From an uncultured Candidatus Saccharibacteria bacterium (GTDB lineage: Bacteria; Patescibacteriota; Minisyncoccia; Phycocordibacterales; UBA9973), in assembly GCA_964599225.1 (NCBI GenBank), contig CAZRDO010000001.1, forward strand, positions 15,153-79,152: 64,000 bases of DNA. The letters are read 5' to 3'. This document shows, in pieces, positions 38,544 to 47,671 of this stretch. Within the stretch, counting starts at the first letter, position 1. Each line of letters starts with the position of its first letter. The notes below the pieces were generated by a model. It saw nothing but the letters and a program-made list of their open reading frames with translations, was not told the origin of the DNA and did not search any database. The position numbers and the translations under genes are program-made.

Positions 38544-38569
38544 ATCTATTTAGCGGTCGCGAAATAGAT
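38544..38569. promoter_or_regulatory. 8-N10-8 palindromic operator-like site at the predicted transcription start
   Basis: ATCTATTT-agcggtcgcg-AAATAGAT begins ~7 nt after the -10 hexamer. It is not a CIRCE sequence. Confidence 0.45.
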
Positions 38570-38609
38570 GTATAATACCTTATAAAATTACTAATTAAGA
38601 ACAAATACT

Positions 38610-38885
38610 ATGGTAGATCCAAAAAAAGTAGATTTTAATCAATTACCTAAGAAATTCTGTGATGGAGCACTTGGGGCATTTAGTAAGGAAGCGATAATGT
38701 TTTGTATGACATCAGGTAATAACCTAGACCCATACGCTACGACGCCACAAGTTGCTAAAAGTATCGCATTATTTTTCACACGACAGATAGAAAATTACGA
38801 GAAGCAGTTTGGAGTAATCGATACAACGCCAGCATCTATACCAAGTCCACTCCAATCATCAGATTTTGAAGATAAAAATAAATAA
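38610..38885 (+). CDS. small protein, DUF3467-like (recognised from memory of the family pattern)
   Basis: 91 aa with …TTPQVAKSIALFFTRQIENYEKQFGVI…. Directly upstream of dnaK. Confidence 0.4.
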   Translation: MVDPKKVDFNQLPKKFCDGALGAFSKEAIMFCMTSGNNLDPYATTPQVAKSIALFFTRQIENYEKQFGVIDTTPASIPSPLQSSDFEDKNK

Positions 38886-38908
38886 TTATTAATTAAAATA
38901 TAATATAT

Positions 38909-40807
38909 ATGTCAAAAATAATTGGAATCGATTTAGGAACCACCAACTCAGCATTCGCAATTGTTGAAGGTGGACAGCCAAAAATAATTGAAAACATCGA
39001 GGGTAACCGTACGACACCTTCAGTACTAGCTATTACTAAAACTGGCGATCGCCTCGTTGGACTTCTGGCCAAGCGACAAGCGGTTACCAACCCACTTAAT
39101 ACAATTTACGAGATTAAGCGCTTCATGGGTCATCGCTTTTCTGATCCAGATGTTCAGAAGGATATCAAAAACCTGCCATACAAGGTTCGCGAAGGCTCTG
39201 ATGGAGGTGTTGAAGTTGAGATCATGGAGAAGTGGTATAGGCCAGAGGAAATTTCAGCTATGATTCTTCAGAAAATAAAGGCTGACGCTGAAGCAAAGCT
39301 CGGTGAGAAAGTGACTGAAGCAGTCATTACAGTGCCTGCGTATTTCAATGATGCCCAGCGCAAAGCTACCAAAGATGCCGGCGCCATTGCCGGTCTTGAT
39401 GTCAAACGTATCATTAACGAACCGACTGCAGCCGCATTGGCTTATGGGCTCAACTCAAGAAAGAATGACAAAATTGTTGTCTATGACTTGGGTGGCGGAA
39501 CCTTTGATGTCTCAGTGCTTGAAGTTGGTGATGATGTCATTGAAGTCAAATCTACCGATGGTGACGTACATCTCGGTGGAAGTGATTTTGATCGTGTCAT
39601 CATGAACTGGATTGCTGATGAATTCAAGAAAGAATCAGGTATTGATGTGACCAAGGATACACTTGCGCTTCAGCGCTTAAAAGAAGCTGCTGAGAAAGCC
39701 AAGCATGAGCTCTCAACTGTTCCAGAAACTGAAATCAATATTCCGTTTATCACGAGTGATGCTTCTGGCCCTCGCCACTTACTCTTGAAACTAAGTCGCG
39801 CAACACTTGAGTCTCTCACAAAGGAATTTATTGATCGCTCAATTGAAATTCTCGGCCGCGCCATTAACGCCTCAGGATTTACCAAAACTGATATAAACGA
39901 CATTATTCTTGTTGGAGGTCAGACACGAATGCCAGCAGTGTTTGAAGCAGTGAAATCATTCTTTGGCAAAGAGCCAAACCGCACGATTAATCCTGACGAA
40001 GTCGTCGCTCTTGGAGCAGCAACGCAAGGAGGTGTGCTGAAGGGTGAAGTGCGCGATATCTTGCTCCTTGATGTCATTCCACTCTCACTCGGTATTGAAA
40101 CCCTTGGCTCAGTGGCAACCAAACTTATCGAACGTAATACCACAATCCCTACAGCACGCTCCCAAACATTCTCAACTGCTGCTGATAACCAGACAAGTGT
40201 CGATATTCATATTGTGCAAGGGGAGCGTCCGATGGCTTCTGACAACAAATCACTTGGACGATTTATCCTTGATGGTATCCCGCCATCCCCACGAGGCATT
40301 CCACAAATTGAGGTTACGTTCGATGTTGATGCCAATGGTATCCTCTCTGTGACTGCTAAGGATAAAGCCTCGGGCAAGAGCCAATCTATTCGTATTGAAG
40401 CAACCTCTGGTTTAACAGACGCTGACATTAAGCGTATGCAAGACGAAGCGGCAACACATGCGTCTGAAGATGCTAAAAAGAAAGAAGTTGCAGAAGTCAA
40501 AAACACTGCTGAGATGACCCTCTATACTGCAGAGAAGGCACTCAAAGATAACGAATCAAAACTGCCAGAGGATCTCAAAACTTCTGTAAATGAGAAAATG
40601 ACTGCGCTTAGAGGAGTGAAAGATGGTCAGGATATGGAGGCAATTAAAACTGCCACAATGAACCTTTCAACTGAGATGTCAAAAATGGGTGAAGCTATGG
40701 CAAAAACTGGAGGTACTAATGAGACACCAGCAGGAGATGCTCAAGCCCCTGAGGAACAGGGGCCAGAGATCAAAGACGCTGAAACAGGGGAAGCGCCAAA
40801 AAGCTAG
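38909..40807 (+). CDS. dnaK: molecular chaperone DnaK (Hsp70)
   Basis: [18 protein letters not shown] and the full substrate-binding and lid domains, 632 aa. Confidence 0.97.
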   Translation: MSKIIGIDLGTTNSAFAIVEGGQPKIIENIEGNRTTPSVLAITKTGDRLVGLLAKRQAVTNPLNTIYEIKRFMGHRFSDPDVQKDIKNLPYKVREGSDGGVEVEIMEKWYRPEEISAMILQKIKADAEAKLGEKVTEAVITVPAYFNDAQRKATKDAGAIAGLDVKRIINEPTAAALAYGLNSRKNDKIVVYDLGGGTFDVSVLEVGDDVIEVKSTDGDVHLGGSDFDRVIMNWIADEFKKESGIDVTKDTLALQRLKEAAEKAKHELSTVPETEINIPFITSDASGPRHLLLKLSRATLESLTKEFIDRSIEILGRAINASGFTKTDINDIILVGGQTRMPAVFEAVKSFFGKEPNRTINPDEVVALGAATQGGVLKGEVRDILLLDVIPLSLGIETLGSVATKLIERNTTIPTARSQTFSTAADNQTSVDIHIVQGERPMASDNKSLGRFILDGIPPSPRGIPQIEVTFDVDANGILSVTAKDKASGKSQSIRIEATSGLTDADIKRMQDEAATHASEDAKKKEVAEVKNTAEMTLYTAEKALKDNESKLPEDLKTSVNEKMTALRGVKDGQDMEAIKTATMNLSTEMSKMGEAMAKTGGTNETPAGDAQAPEEQGPEIKDAETGEAPKS

Positions 40808-40825
40808 TTATCTGTATTGAAAAAT

Positions 40826-40860
40826 AAAAGACGCGGGCTATGTAGCCTGCGTTTTTTGTT
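40826..40860. terminator. bidirectional terminator after dnaK
   Basis: ACGCGGGCTA-tg-TAGCCTGCGT hairpin followed by TTTTTTGTTG and preceded by AAAAATAAAAG. Overlaps the stop of the convergent minus-strand ORF. Confidence 0.6.
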
Positions 40861-41320
40861 GTATGGAGAGATTTTTTTGCTGAGAATTGATTTTATCAAT
40901 CTTATCTCTCAGCTCCTCAGTCTCTTTCGAAGGTCCTTTCTTTTTTATCAGGCAAGAACGCTGAAAATGATATGCCTGTTTCTGTTTATATAATATTTCT
41001 TGTTGAGAAATATATTCATCAATTAGAAAAAATATTTCAACAATTGCCCTAATTTTTCCCTTATTTAAGTCAAGGACTTTGCTAAGATGACTATGTGCAT
41101 CAAGCTTATTTTTTTGACCAACAATGCAAGCAGTCAACTGATTTACCAAATCCTCTGATATTGCATTTGAACCAATGGTTGTGATTAATTCGCTATTGAT
41201 AAAATTAGCAATTTCAACCGCCCTCCGTTGGGGCTTTATATGCCGTATCGTATCAAGTACTTGATGACAAAAAGGGTTGGGGAAATAATTTCTTAATAAT
41301 TTAATTACACTCAGGATCAT
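40838..41320 (-). CDS. hypothetical protein (160 aa)
   Basis: Intact ORF, convergent with dnaK. No recognisable motif. Confidence 0.4.
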   Translation of the reverse strand: MILSVIKLLRNYFPNPFCHQVLDTIRHIKPQRRAVEIANFINSELITTIGSNAISEDLVNQLTACIVGQKNKLDAHSHLSKVLDLNKGKIRAIVEIFFLIDEYISQQEILYKQKQAYHFQRSCLIKKKGPSKETEELRDKIDKINSQQKNLSIQQKTQAT

Positions 41321-41395
41321 AATATGCTTATTTTCTCCTTATATAATAAGGCTAAATTGAGTTTTTGTCAAACCTGAGCTTTTGTATCCTAACTT

Positions 41396-42859
41396 GTGGG
41401 AGCGAGATTAATTCACTATACTGAAAGCATGAACGCCTATTACCCAACAATCGGCCTCGAAATCCACGCCGAACTCAAAACAAATTCAAAAATGTTCTGT
41501 GGCTGTAAGAATGATCCTGATGAAGAGAGTCCTAACACAAATATCTGTCCTGTCTGTACAGCAGAGCCCGGTGCACTTCCCGTGCCAAACAAGAAGGCGA
41601 TTGAACACGTCATTCGTACAGGTCTCGCAGTTGGTGGGACGATTGCTGATTTCACAGAATTCGATCGTAAGAATTATTTCTATCCTGATATTCCCAAAGG
41701 ATATCAGATCTCTCAGTATAAATACCCGATCGTCTCAGGTGGTATGCTTGCCGACTTCTCACTCACTCGCATCCATCTCGAGGAAGATACTGCGAACAAC
41801 AAGCACGATCGTGGGGACTATTCTCTGATTGATTTTAATCGCTCTGGGGTACCACTGATGGAACTTGTTACTGAACCGCATACATTCGAGAGTGCTGAAA
41901 ACGCGGCCAAAGCGGCAGGGAAGTTTGCGAGAGAGTTTCAGTTACTTCTCCTCTATCTCGGAGTGTCAGAAGCTAATATGGAGAAAGGTGAGCTTCGAGT
42001 TGAGGCAAATATTTCATTATCAAACAGTAAAGAGAAGCTCAATGATAATAGAGTCGAAGTCAAAAATTTGAACTCATTCCGATCAGCTGAGAGAGCAATC
42101 ATATTTGAACTCAACCGGATGCAGAAATTATTTGAAGAAGGAAAGGAAAGCGAAATTGTCCAGGAAACTCGTGGTTGGAACGAAGCGAAGCAGGAGACAT
42201 TTTCGCAGCGAACAAAGGAAAATGCACAGGATTACCGCTATTTCCCAGAACCAGACATCCCTAAGTTTAAACTGCACACCCTCTTTGATATTGAGAAATT
42301 AAAAACTGAACTTCCAGAATTACCAGAGGCTAAACGAGCTCGCTATCGAAGTGAATATGGAATCAAGGATGAAGATATTGAAAGCTATGTCACTGATGTG
42401 GCACTCGGAGCCTGGTTTGAAGAAGTTTCAAGCATACTTCAAGATAAAGAAAAAGTTAAAGTTGCTTCCAACTATGTCACCTCTGATCTTATAGGAATTC
42501 TAAAGAAAGATAGTCCTTCAAAAATGCCCAAGGCTCTGCACTTTGCAGAATTGATTTCTATGGTTAGCGATGGATTGCTTACTTCACGAAGCGCAAAAGA
42601 TATATTACTTGTACTTACAACGACAGAGATTTCGCCAAACCTCTATGCCAAGGAAAAAGGATTACTACAGAGCACGGACAAGGATGCATTCAAAAAAATG
42701 GTACAAAATGTCATAGCTTCAAATCCGAAAGTGGTGGCTGATTACAAATCTGGCAAGGGAGCATCTCTCCAGTTTTTGGTAGGACAAATTATGAAAGAAT
42801 CCAAGGGCTCTGCAAACCCGAAAGTCATTACAGAACTTCTCACTGAGCTTTTACAATAA
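41396..42859 (+). CDS. gatB: Asp-tRNA(Asn)/Glu-tRNA(Gln) amidotransferase subunit B
   Basis: IGLEIHAELKT…CGCKND…NICPVCTAEPGALP and a C-terminal GatB/YqeY domain. Probable start at 41429 (MNAYYP). Confidence 0.9.
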   Translation: MGARLIHYTESMNAYYPTIGLEIHAELKTNSKMFCGCKNDPDEESPNTNICPVCTAEPGALPVPNKKAIEHVIRTGLAVGGTIADFTEFDRKNYFYPDIPKGYQISQYKYPIVSGGMLADFSLTRIHLEEDTANNKHDRGDYSLIDFNRSGVPLMELVTEPHTFESAENAAKAAGKFAREFQLLLLYLGVSEANMEKGELRVEANISLSNSKEKLNDNRVEVKNLNSFRSAERAIIFELNRMQKLFEEGKESEIVQETRGWNEAKQETFSQRTKENAQDYRYFPEPDIPKFKLHTLFDIEKLKTELPELPEAKRARYRSEYGIKDEDIESYVTDVALGAWFEEVSSILQDKEKVKVASNYVTSDLIGILKKDSPSKMPKALHFAELISMVSDGLLTSRSAKDILLVLTTTEISPNLYAKEKGLLQSTDKDAFKKMVQNVIASNPKVVADYKSGKGASLQFLVGQIMKESKGSANPKVITELLTELLQ

Positions 42860-42886
42860 GTGTACTTAATGATATAGATATACTAT

Positions 42887-43384
42887 ATGAAAAATTCAAT
42901 TATATTTGTCGCTATTACGGTCTTAGTTCTTGGTGGAATTTACTTTATTCACAAAAGTAGTGGCGAGATTGAGAAAGCCACAACTGTCGCTGGCACCTCT
43001 TCAAGTCGTGATGTTGCACTTCTCTGTACTACTGACATGGCCACTCAATATCACATTCACCCAATACTAGAAATTATTATAAATGGTGAAAAACAGGTTA
43101 TTCCAAAAGATATTGGCATCACGCCGACATGCATGCGCTCACTCCACACGCATGATGAGACAGGCACGCTCCATGTAGAGTCACCAGTACAGAAGGATTT
43201 CACACTGGGCGATTTCTTCGCAGTCTGGGACAAACCATTTGATAGCATGCATATTCTTAACATGACAGCAACGGAACCAGGTCTTATTACAATGACCGTC
43301 AATGGTACAGAAGTTGATACATTTGAGAACACAATCCTCCATGATAAAGACCAGATTGTAATTACGGTAACTTCATTGAATTGA
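42887..43384 (+). CDS. hypothetical membrane-anchored extracytoplasmic protein
   Basis: N-terminal TM helix then a ~140 aa domain with His/Cys residues. Confidence 0.45.
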   Translation: MKNSIIFVAITVLVLGGIYFIHKSSGEIEKATTVAGTSSSRDVALLCTTDMATQYHIHPILEIIINGEKQVIPKDIGITPTCMRSLHTHDETGTLHVESPVQKDFTLGDFFAVWDKPFDSMHILNMTATEPGLITMTVNGTEVDTFENTILHDKDQIVITVTSLN

Positions 43385-43416
43385 GATTTTAGAGGCGCTT
43401 TGTTACACTAAAGCCT

Positions 43417-44448
43417 ATGAATACAAAGAAAATACGAGTTGCGATTAATGGCTTCGGACGCATTGGCCGAGCATTTCTTAAGCTCGCCTGGGAAAGATCA
43501 GAAATTGAGATTGTTGCGGTTAATGACCTTGGTTCAATTGAGAGCCTCGCATACTTACTTAAACACGACACAGTCTACCGAACATGGGGGCATGAAGTTA
43601 CAGTTCTCGGAACTGATTTAGTCATTGATGGGAAAACAGTTAAATTTATTTCTGAGAAAGACACGACAAAACTCCCATGGCGCGATCTCTCGATCGATGT
43701 AGTCGTTGAATCGACTGGTCTCTTTACTGCTTTTGATAAGGCACAATTCCATATCGACAATGGCGCGAAGAAAGTTGTCATTTCAGCACCAGCAAAGGAA
43801 GGGGATAACGCTGGAGTAAAAGGTGAGACAATATTACTCGGGGTAAATGAAGACAAATTCGGTACCTGCGATATTACTTCAAACGCTTCATGTACGACGA
43901 ATGCCGCGAGTCCTCTTATTGCGATTCTCCATGAAGCTATTGGTATCGAGAAAGCAATTCTCAATACAGTACATGGTTATACCGCGAGCCAATCGCTTGT
44001 TGATGGGCCAAGTAAGAAAGACCTTCGTGAGGGCCGTGCAGCTGCCCAGAATATCGTACCGAGCTCAACTGGGGCTGCCATTGCAGTCACCAAAGCTTTC
44101 CCTGAGCTCACAGGCCTCTTCGATGGTATCTCTATCCGTGTGCCTGTACCTGCTGGTTCAATCGTCGATGTGACATTTATTGCTAAGCGTCCTACAACTG
44201 CAGAAGAAGTGAATGGAATTCTTACTAAGGCTTCAAATGACCCGCGCTGGAAGAATATATTTGCAGTTACTAATGAACCACTTGTCTCCTCTGACATTCT
44301 TGGTAATCCTCACGCTTCAATCGCTGACCTCGCCATGACACGAGTGGTGGATGGTAATCTTGTGAAAGTCATGGGTTGGTATGATAATGAAATGGGGTAT
44401 ACAGCTACTCTCGTCGATCATGTCATCAAGACAGGGAAGACTATCTAG
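43417..44448 (+). CDS. gap: glyceraldehyde-3-phosphate dehydrogenase
   Basis: INGFGRIGR NAD site and ASCTTNA catalytic Cys motif, 343 aa. Confidence 0.95.
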   Translation: MNTKKIRVAINGFGRIGRAFLKLAWERSEIEIVAVNDLGSIESLAYLLKHDTVYRTWGHEVTVLGTDLVIDGKTVKFISEKDTTKLPWRDLSIDVVVESTGLFTAFDKAQFHIDNGAKKVVISAPAKEGDNAGVKGETILLGVNEDKFGTCDITSNASCTTNAASPLIAILHEAIGIEKAILNTVHGYTASQSLVDGPSKKDLREGRAAAQNIVPSSTGAAIAVTKAFPELTGLFDGISIRVPVPAGSIVDVTFIAKRPTTAEEVNGILTKASNDPRWKNIFAVTNEPLVSSDILGNPHASIADLAMTRVVDGNLVKVMGWYDNEMGYTATLVDHVIKTGKTI

Positions 44449-44449
44449 T

Positions 44450-44665
44450 ATGGAAACAATCTACGTAAAACTCTTAGATGAAGGAACTGAAGTATTTAGA
44501 CCAGTACCTTCAGTCGAAGTAGAAACCAATGTATATAAACTAGGTAGTTTAGAATCAACTGAAGGTGATGAAAAATGGGAATTTGAGCCAGGAAGTATAG
44601 TAACTGTAGAGAATCGAATTTTAGGTGATGAATCAGTTCCTGTTGCGATTAAGTTGGTATCGTAA
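44450..44665 (+). CDS. small hypothetical protein (72 aa) inserted immediately after gap
   Basis: METIYVKLLDEGTEVFRPVP… begins 2 nt after the gap stop and ends inside the duplicated gap-3' fragment. Confidence 0.4.
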   Translation: METIYVKLLDEGTEVFRPVPSVEVETNVYKLGSLESTEGDEKWEFEPGSIVTVENRILGDESVPVAIKLVS

Positions 44666-44730
44666 TGAATTAGCATATACAGCTACCCTTATAGAGCATG
44701 TTATTAAGACAGGTAACCAAATAAAATAAT
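44652..44730 (+). pseudogene. diverged duplicate of the gap 3' end (C-terminal ~20 codons only)
   Basis: Translates as …NELAYTATLIEHVIKTGNQIK*, versus the authentic gap end …NEMGYTATLVDHVIKTGKTI*. About 70 % nucleotide identity to 44381-44448. Confidence 0.6.
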
Positions 44731-45222
44731 ATGGAAGATATAACAAAAAACCCAGGACAAATTATAGAGGAAAAATTTAAAAAACTTTTTAACTCTAAAT
44801 ACACTATTAAAGATGGTGACTCAGTTTGTGAAGTAGAGAAAAACCTTGTACAAACCTTCGAAAAAAATAATTTTATTGCCTGTATTTTTACTGAAAGATT
44901 TAATATTAAAGCACTTAAAGATGATGGTACCTGGAATTATATTGTTGTAGTAAATGTAGAGAATAATAAATATGGAGAAACTGAACATGATGACGACGCT
45001 AAAGAAATAATCGAACAATCTGAGGAGACCCACGGAAAATTAGAAACTAGGCCTTCAATAACATACTCTGAAATTATAGACTTAAAAAGCGATACGAGAA
45101 ACTCGAACAAAGTTCACGTAACGATTAAAATGGTGGATGGTTCAGTAAAGACAGAGACCATTAAAATTGATCCTGATAGTGATTTTAATAGCAAGACGGA
45201 AGATTCTGATCAAAAATGGTAA
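44731..45222 (+). CDS. hypothetical acidic protein (163 aa) in low-GC islet
   Basis: Intact ORF, very AT-rich codon usage compared with neighbouring housekeeping genes. Confidence 0.4.
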   Translation: MEDITKNPGQIIEEKFKKLFNSKYTIKDGDSVCEVEKNLVQTFEKNNFIACIFTERFNIKALKDDGTWNYIVVVNVENNKYGETEHDDDAKEIIEQSEETHGKLETRPSITYSEIIDLKSDTRNSNKVHVTIKMVDGSVKTETIKIDPDSDFNSKTEDSDQKW

Positions 45223-45413
45223 AATATTATTGAGACTGTCAAGAAATAATAATTTTACTGAATCTCAAATCGAAAGTTTGATAACTAAGCTTCGGAGCCT
45301 AATTCCAGACGAAAACCACATTCCGTAAGGATAGAGAGATAAAGAATTTAATTGATGAGTATGAGAAAAATATTTAATTATCATTTTAACCATCTTTAAT
45401 AAAATTTGAATAT

Positions 45414-45647
45414 ATGTCAAAAAGATTAAAGATATTGCTAATAACTGCCGCACTTATTGTAGTAGCGTCTCTGCCTATAATCCCAAAACAGATAGCCACA
45501 GGAGATGTGATTCCATGCTCAAATGAAGAGTCGGACAGACAGTCATGGAATGGCGGACTACCATACATCCCTATCTGTTATAGGGAGTCTAAAATTTTTG
45601 TGAGTGCCTTCGATTATTTTATTAAATGGAATAATATTTCGTTATAA
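45414..45647 (+). CDS. small secreted/membrane-anchored Cys-containing peptide A
   Basis: 77 aa with an N-terminal hydrophobic segment (ILLITAALIVVASLPII) and a short Cys-containing ectodomain. Confidence 0.4.
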   Translation: MSKRLKILLITAALIVVASLPIIPKQIATGDVIPCSNEESDRQSWNGGLPYIPICYRESKIFVSAFDYFIKWNNISL

Positions 45648-45654
45648 AAATACT

Positions 45655-45939
45655 ATGTTAATTTTTGCTATTTTAATAATCGTAATACTAATTTTAGTAT
45701 TGCCATTCAAAAAGTCACGGAGCTTTAAGTTCTCTCTCCTGGCTATAAGTATCCTTTTAGCTATCTTTTTTGTTAGATGCATACCAGTAGCCCAGGATTT
45801 AAGCTTTTGTGAAGGAGATTGCCCAAAAACACAAAAAACTACTATAATGGGATACATCGTGAAATTGGTAGACAAGGGCTATCCTGAACCTTATGTCTAT
45901 ATGCCTGGTGAGTCAGATGGCAAAAGATTGCCTATATAA
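45655..45939 (+). CDS. small membrane-anchored Cys-containing peptide B
   Basis: About 94 aa from MLIFAILIIVILILVLPF, with two hydrophobic segments and an FCEGDCP motif. Confidence 0.4.
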   Translation: MLIFAILIIVILILVLPFKKSRSFKFSLLAISILLAIFFVRCIPVAQDLSFCEGDCPKTQKTTIMGYIVKLVDKGYPEPYVYMPGESDGKRLPI

Positions 45940-45957
45940 TAATTAATTTACATTCAA

Positions 45958-46191
45958 ATGATCAAAACAGTCATCATTATTGCAATAGTCGCACTTGGTT
46001 GGTACTCATGGACTCATCCGATCATCCCATACAAAGGTGAGAAGATAACTCTGGCTTCAATTATTAAGCCGCTCATCGAAAACCATACCGTTGAAGTTGG
46101 TTGTACGATGGAAGCTAAGATTTGTCCTGATGGCTCAGCAGTCGGTCGCAGTGGCCCATTGTGCGAATTTGAAAAGTGTCCAGGAGAATAG
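45958..46191 (+). CDS. small membrane-anchored Cys-motif peptide C
   Basis: 77 aa, N-terminal TM helix, then …GCTMEAKICPDGSAVGRSGPLCEFEKCPGE. Confidence 0.45.
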   Translation: MIKTVIIIAIVALGWYSWTHPIIPYKGEKITLASIIKPLIENHTVEVGCTMEAKICPDGSAVGRSGPLCEFEKCPGE

Positions 46192-46247
46192 AGGCTCAGA
46201 GATAGACACTTATCCTAGTCATTAAATTAATAATTAGACCTACTAAA

Positions 46248-46430
46248 ATGTCGGAAAGAACGAAAATAATTCTCTTTGGGATTGCAATTCTACTGCTTAT
46301 CTATTTTTTCGTTCCAATTGTATCGGTCTCTAATAACTGTCAGGACTTTGCTGGACCAGGATCATCTTCTTGTGAAATAGAAACCACTTGGGTACCATTG
46401 TATAAATGCCACGCTATTACTACTTGTTAG
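46248..46430 (+). CDS. small membrane-anchored Cys-motif peptide D
   Basis: 60 aa, N-terminal TM helix, then NNCQDFAGPGSSSCEIETTWVPLYKCHAITTC. Shares a C-x-D-x-x-G-x-x-S-x-C spacing with peptide C. Confidence 0.45.
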   Translation: MSERTKIILFGIAILLLIYFFVPIVSVSNNCQDFAGPGSSSCEIETTWVPLYKCHAITTC

Positions 46431-46448
46431 GTTAAATTTAAGTAATTT

Positions 46449-46931
46449 ATGAAAATTTACATTGGAGCAGATCATGCAGGGTATACACTCAAGGGCCTTC
46501 TCAAAGCCTATTTGAGCGAATTAGGGTATGAAGTAGAAGATAAAGGGGCATTTGAATTCGTTGAGCATGATGACTACCCTGATTATGTGAGCGCTGTTAC
46601 AGAATCAGTTCTAGGTACGCCTGGAAGTTTTGGTATTGTGCTCTGTGGCACAGGAGAAGGCGAGATTATGGCAGCCAATAGAGTTCCTGGTATTAGAGCT
46701 GCACTTTTCTATGGCCCAATGCTACCAAAAAGTCCCGTGGAAATTAACGGCCGAGAGAGTACTGATCCGTATGAAATTGTGAAGCTCGCCCGACTCCACA
46801 ATGATGCAAATATTCTTGCACTCTCAGCTCGCTTTATTAGTGAGGATGAAGCGCGAGAGGCAATTCGGGTATTCCTCGAAACTAAATTCTTGAACGAAGA
46901 GCGTCATGTTCGAAGGCTTTCAAAATTCTAA
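46449..46931 (+). CDS. rpiB: ribose-5-phosphate isomerase B
   Basis: MKIYIGADHAGYTLK…VLCGTGEGEIMAANRVPGIRAAL. Confidence 0.88.
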   Translation: MKIYIGADHAGYTLKGLLKAYLSELGYEVEDKGAFEFVEHDDYPDYVSAVTESVLGTPGSFGIVLCGTGEGEIMAANRVPGIRAALFYGPMLPKSPVEINGRESTDPYEIVKLARLHNDANILALSARFISEDEAREAIRVFLETKFLNEERHVRRLSKF

Positions 46932-46942
46932 TCCAAATAATT

Positions 46943-47647
46943 ATGGCCAAAATTATACCCTCAATTCTCACTGATGATTTCGAAGAAATTCGTAATAAAA
47001 TCCAACAATCTACTGCGCTTGGAGCTACTGAAGTCCAACTTGATATCTGCGACGGTGTATTTGTGCCAAGCCAGACGTGGCCGTATGCGAATAATGATGC
47101 TGGTGGAGAACTCGCGAGAATTTTAAGCGAAGAAGAAGGATTACCGCTATGGTCTCAAATTGATTATGAATTGGATCTTATGGTCTCCAGAGCGCATGAG
47201 CAGTTTGCGCTCTATTTGAAACTTGGTGCTAAGCGCATTATATTTCATATCGAAGCAGAGGGAAATCTTGATGAGTTTAAGGAATTCCTTGAGGGAATTG
47301 ACCTGGTCACACGTGACTTTACTAAAATCGGAGTCTCGATTGATATTGAAACTCCCATCGAGAAATTATTTTCTCTTCTCCCATATATAGATTTCGTTCA
47401 ATGTATGGGCATAGATCACATTGGTGCACAAGGAGAAGAGTTTAATCCAAAAGTCATAGAGAAAATTAAGGCACTGAATACTTATGAAAGCGACATGGAA
47501 ATCTCAATCGATGGAGGGGTAAATCTAGAGAATGCTCCCACTCTGATTGAAGCAGGTGCGAGTCGTCTGATGGTGGGCTCGGCACTATGGAAGAGCTCTA
47601 ACCCAGCCGATACTTTCCGAAAACTCCAAGAAATAGCAGAGGATTGA
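46943..47647 (+). CDS. rpe: ribulose-phosphate 3-epimerase-like TIM-barrel protein (divergent)
   Basis: IPSILTDDFEEI…QLDICDGVFVP…VSIDGGVNLENAPTLIEAGASRLMVGSAL follow the Rpe layout, but the first metal-binding His is replaced by Gln and there is an insertion. Confidence 0.6.
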   Translation: MAKIIPSILTDDFEEIRNKIQQSTALGATEVQLDICDGVFVPSQTWPYANNDAGGELARILSEEEGLPLWSQIDYELDLMVSRAHEQFALYLKLGAKRIIFHIEAEGNLDEFKEFLEGIDLVTRDFTKIGVSIDIETPIEKLFSLLPYIDFVQCMGIDHIGAQGEEFNPKVIEKIKALNTYESDMEISIDGGVNLENAPTLIEAGASRLMVGSALWKSSNPADTFRKLQEIAED

Positions 47648-47671
47648 GAAATGATATACTAGTGCCTCAAG

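Noticed and set aside
37330-38910. CIRCE (HrcA) operator upstream of grpE or dnaK
   Set aside because: I searched both intergenic regions for TTAGCACTC-N9-GAGTGCTAA-like dyads and found none. A different dyad, ATCTATTT-N10-AAATAGAT, is reported instead.
45223-45413. Short reading frames (…FTESQIESLITKLRSLIPDENHIP* then KDREIKNLIDEYEKNI*) between the acidic protein and peptide A
   Set aside because: They may be decayed remnants of a larger gene split by a frameshift, but they are too short and too AT-rich to call a pseudogene with any confidence.
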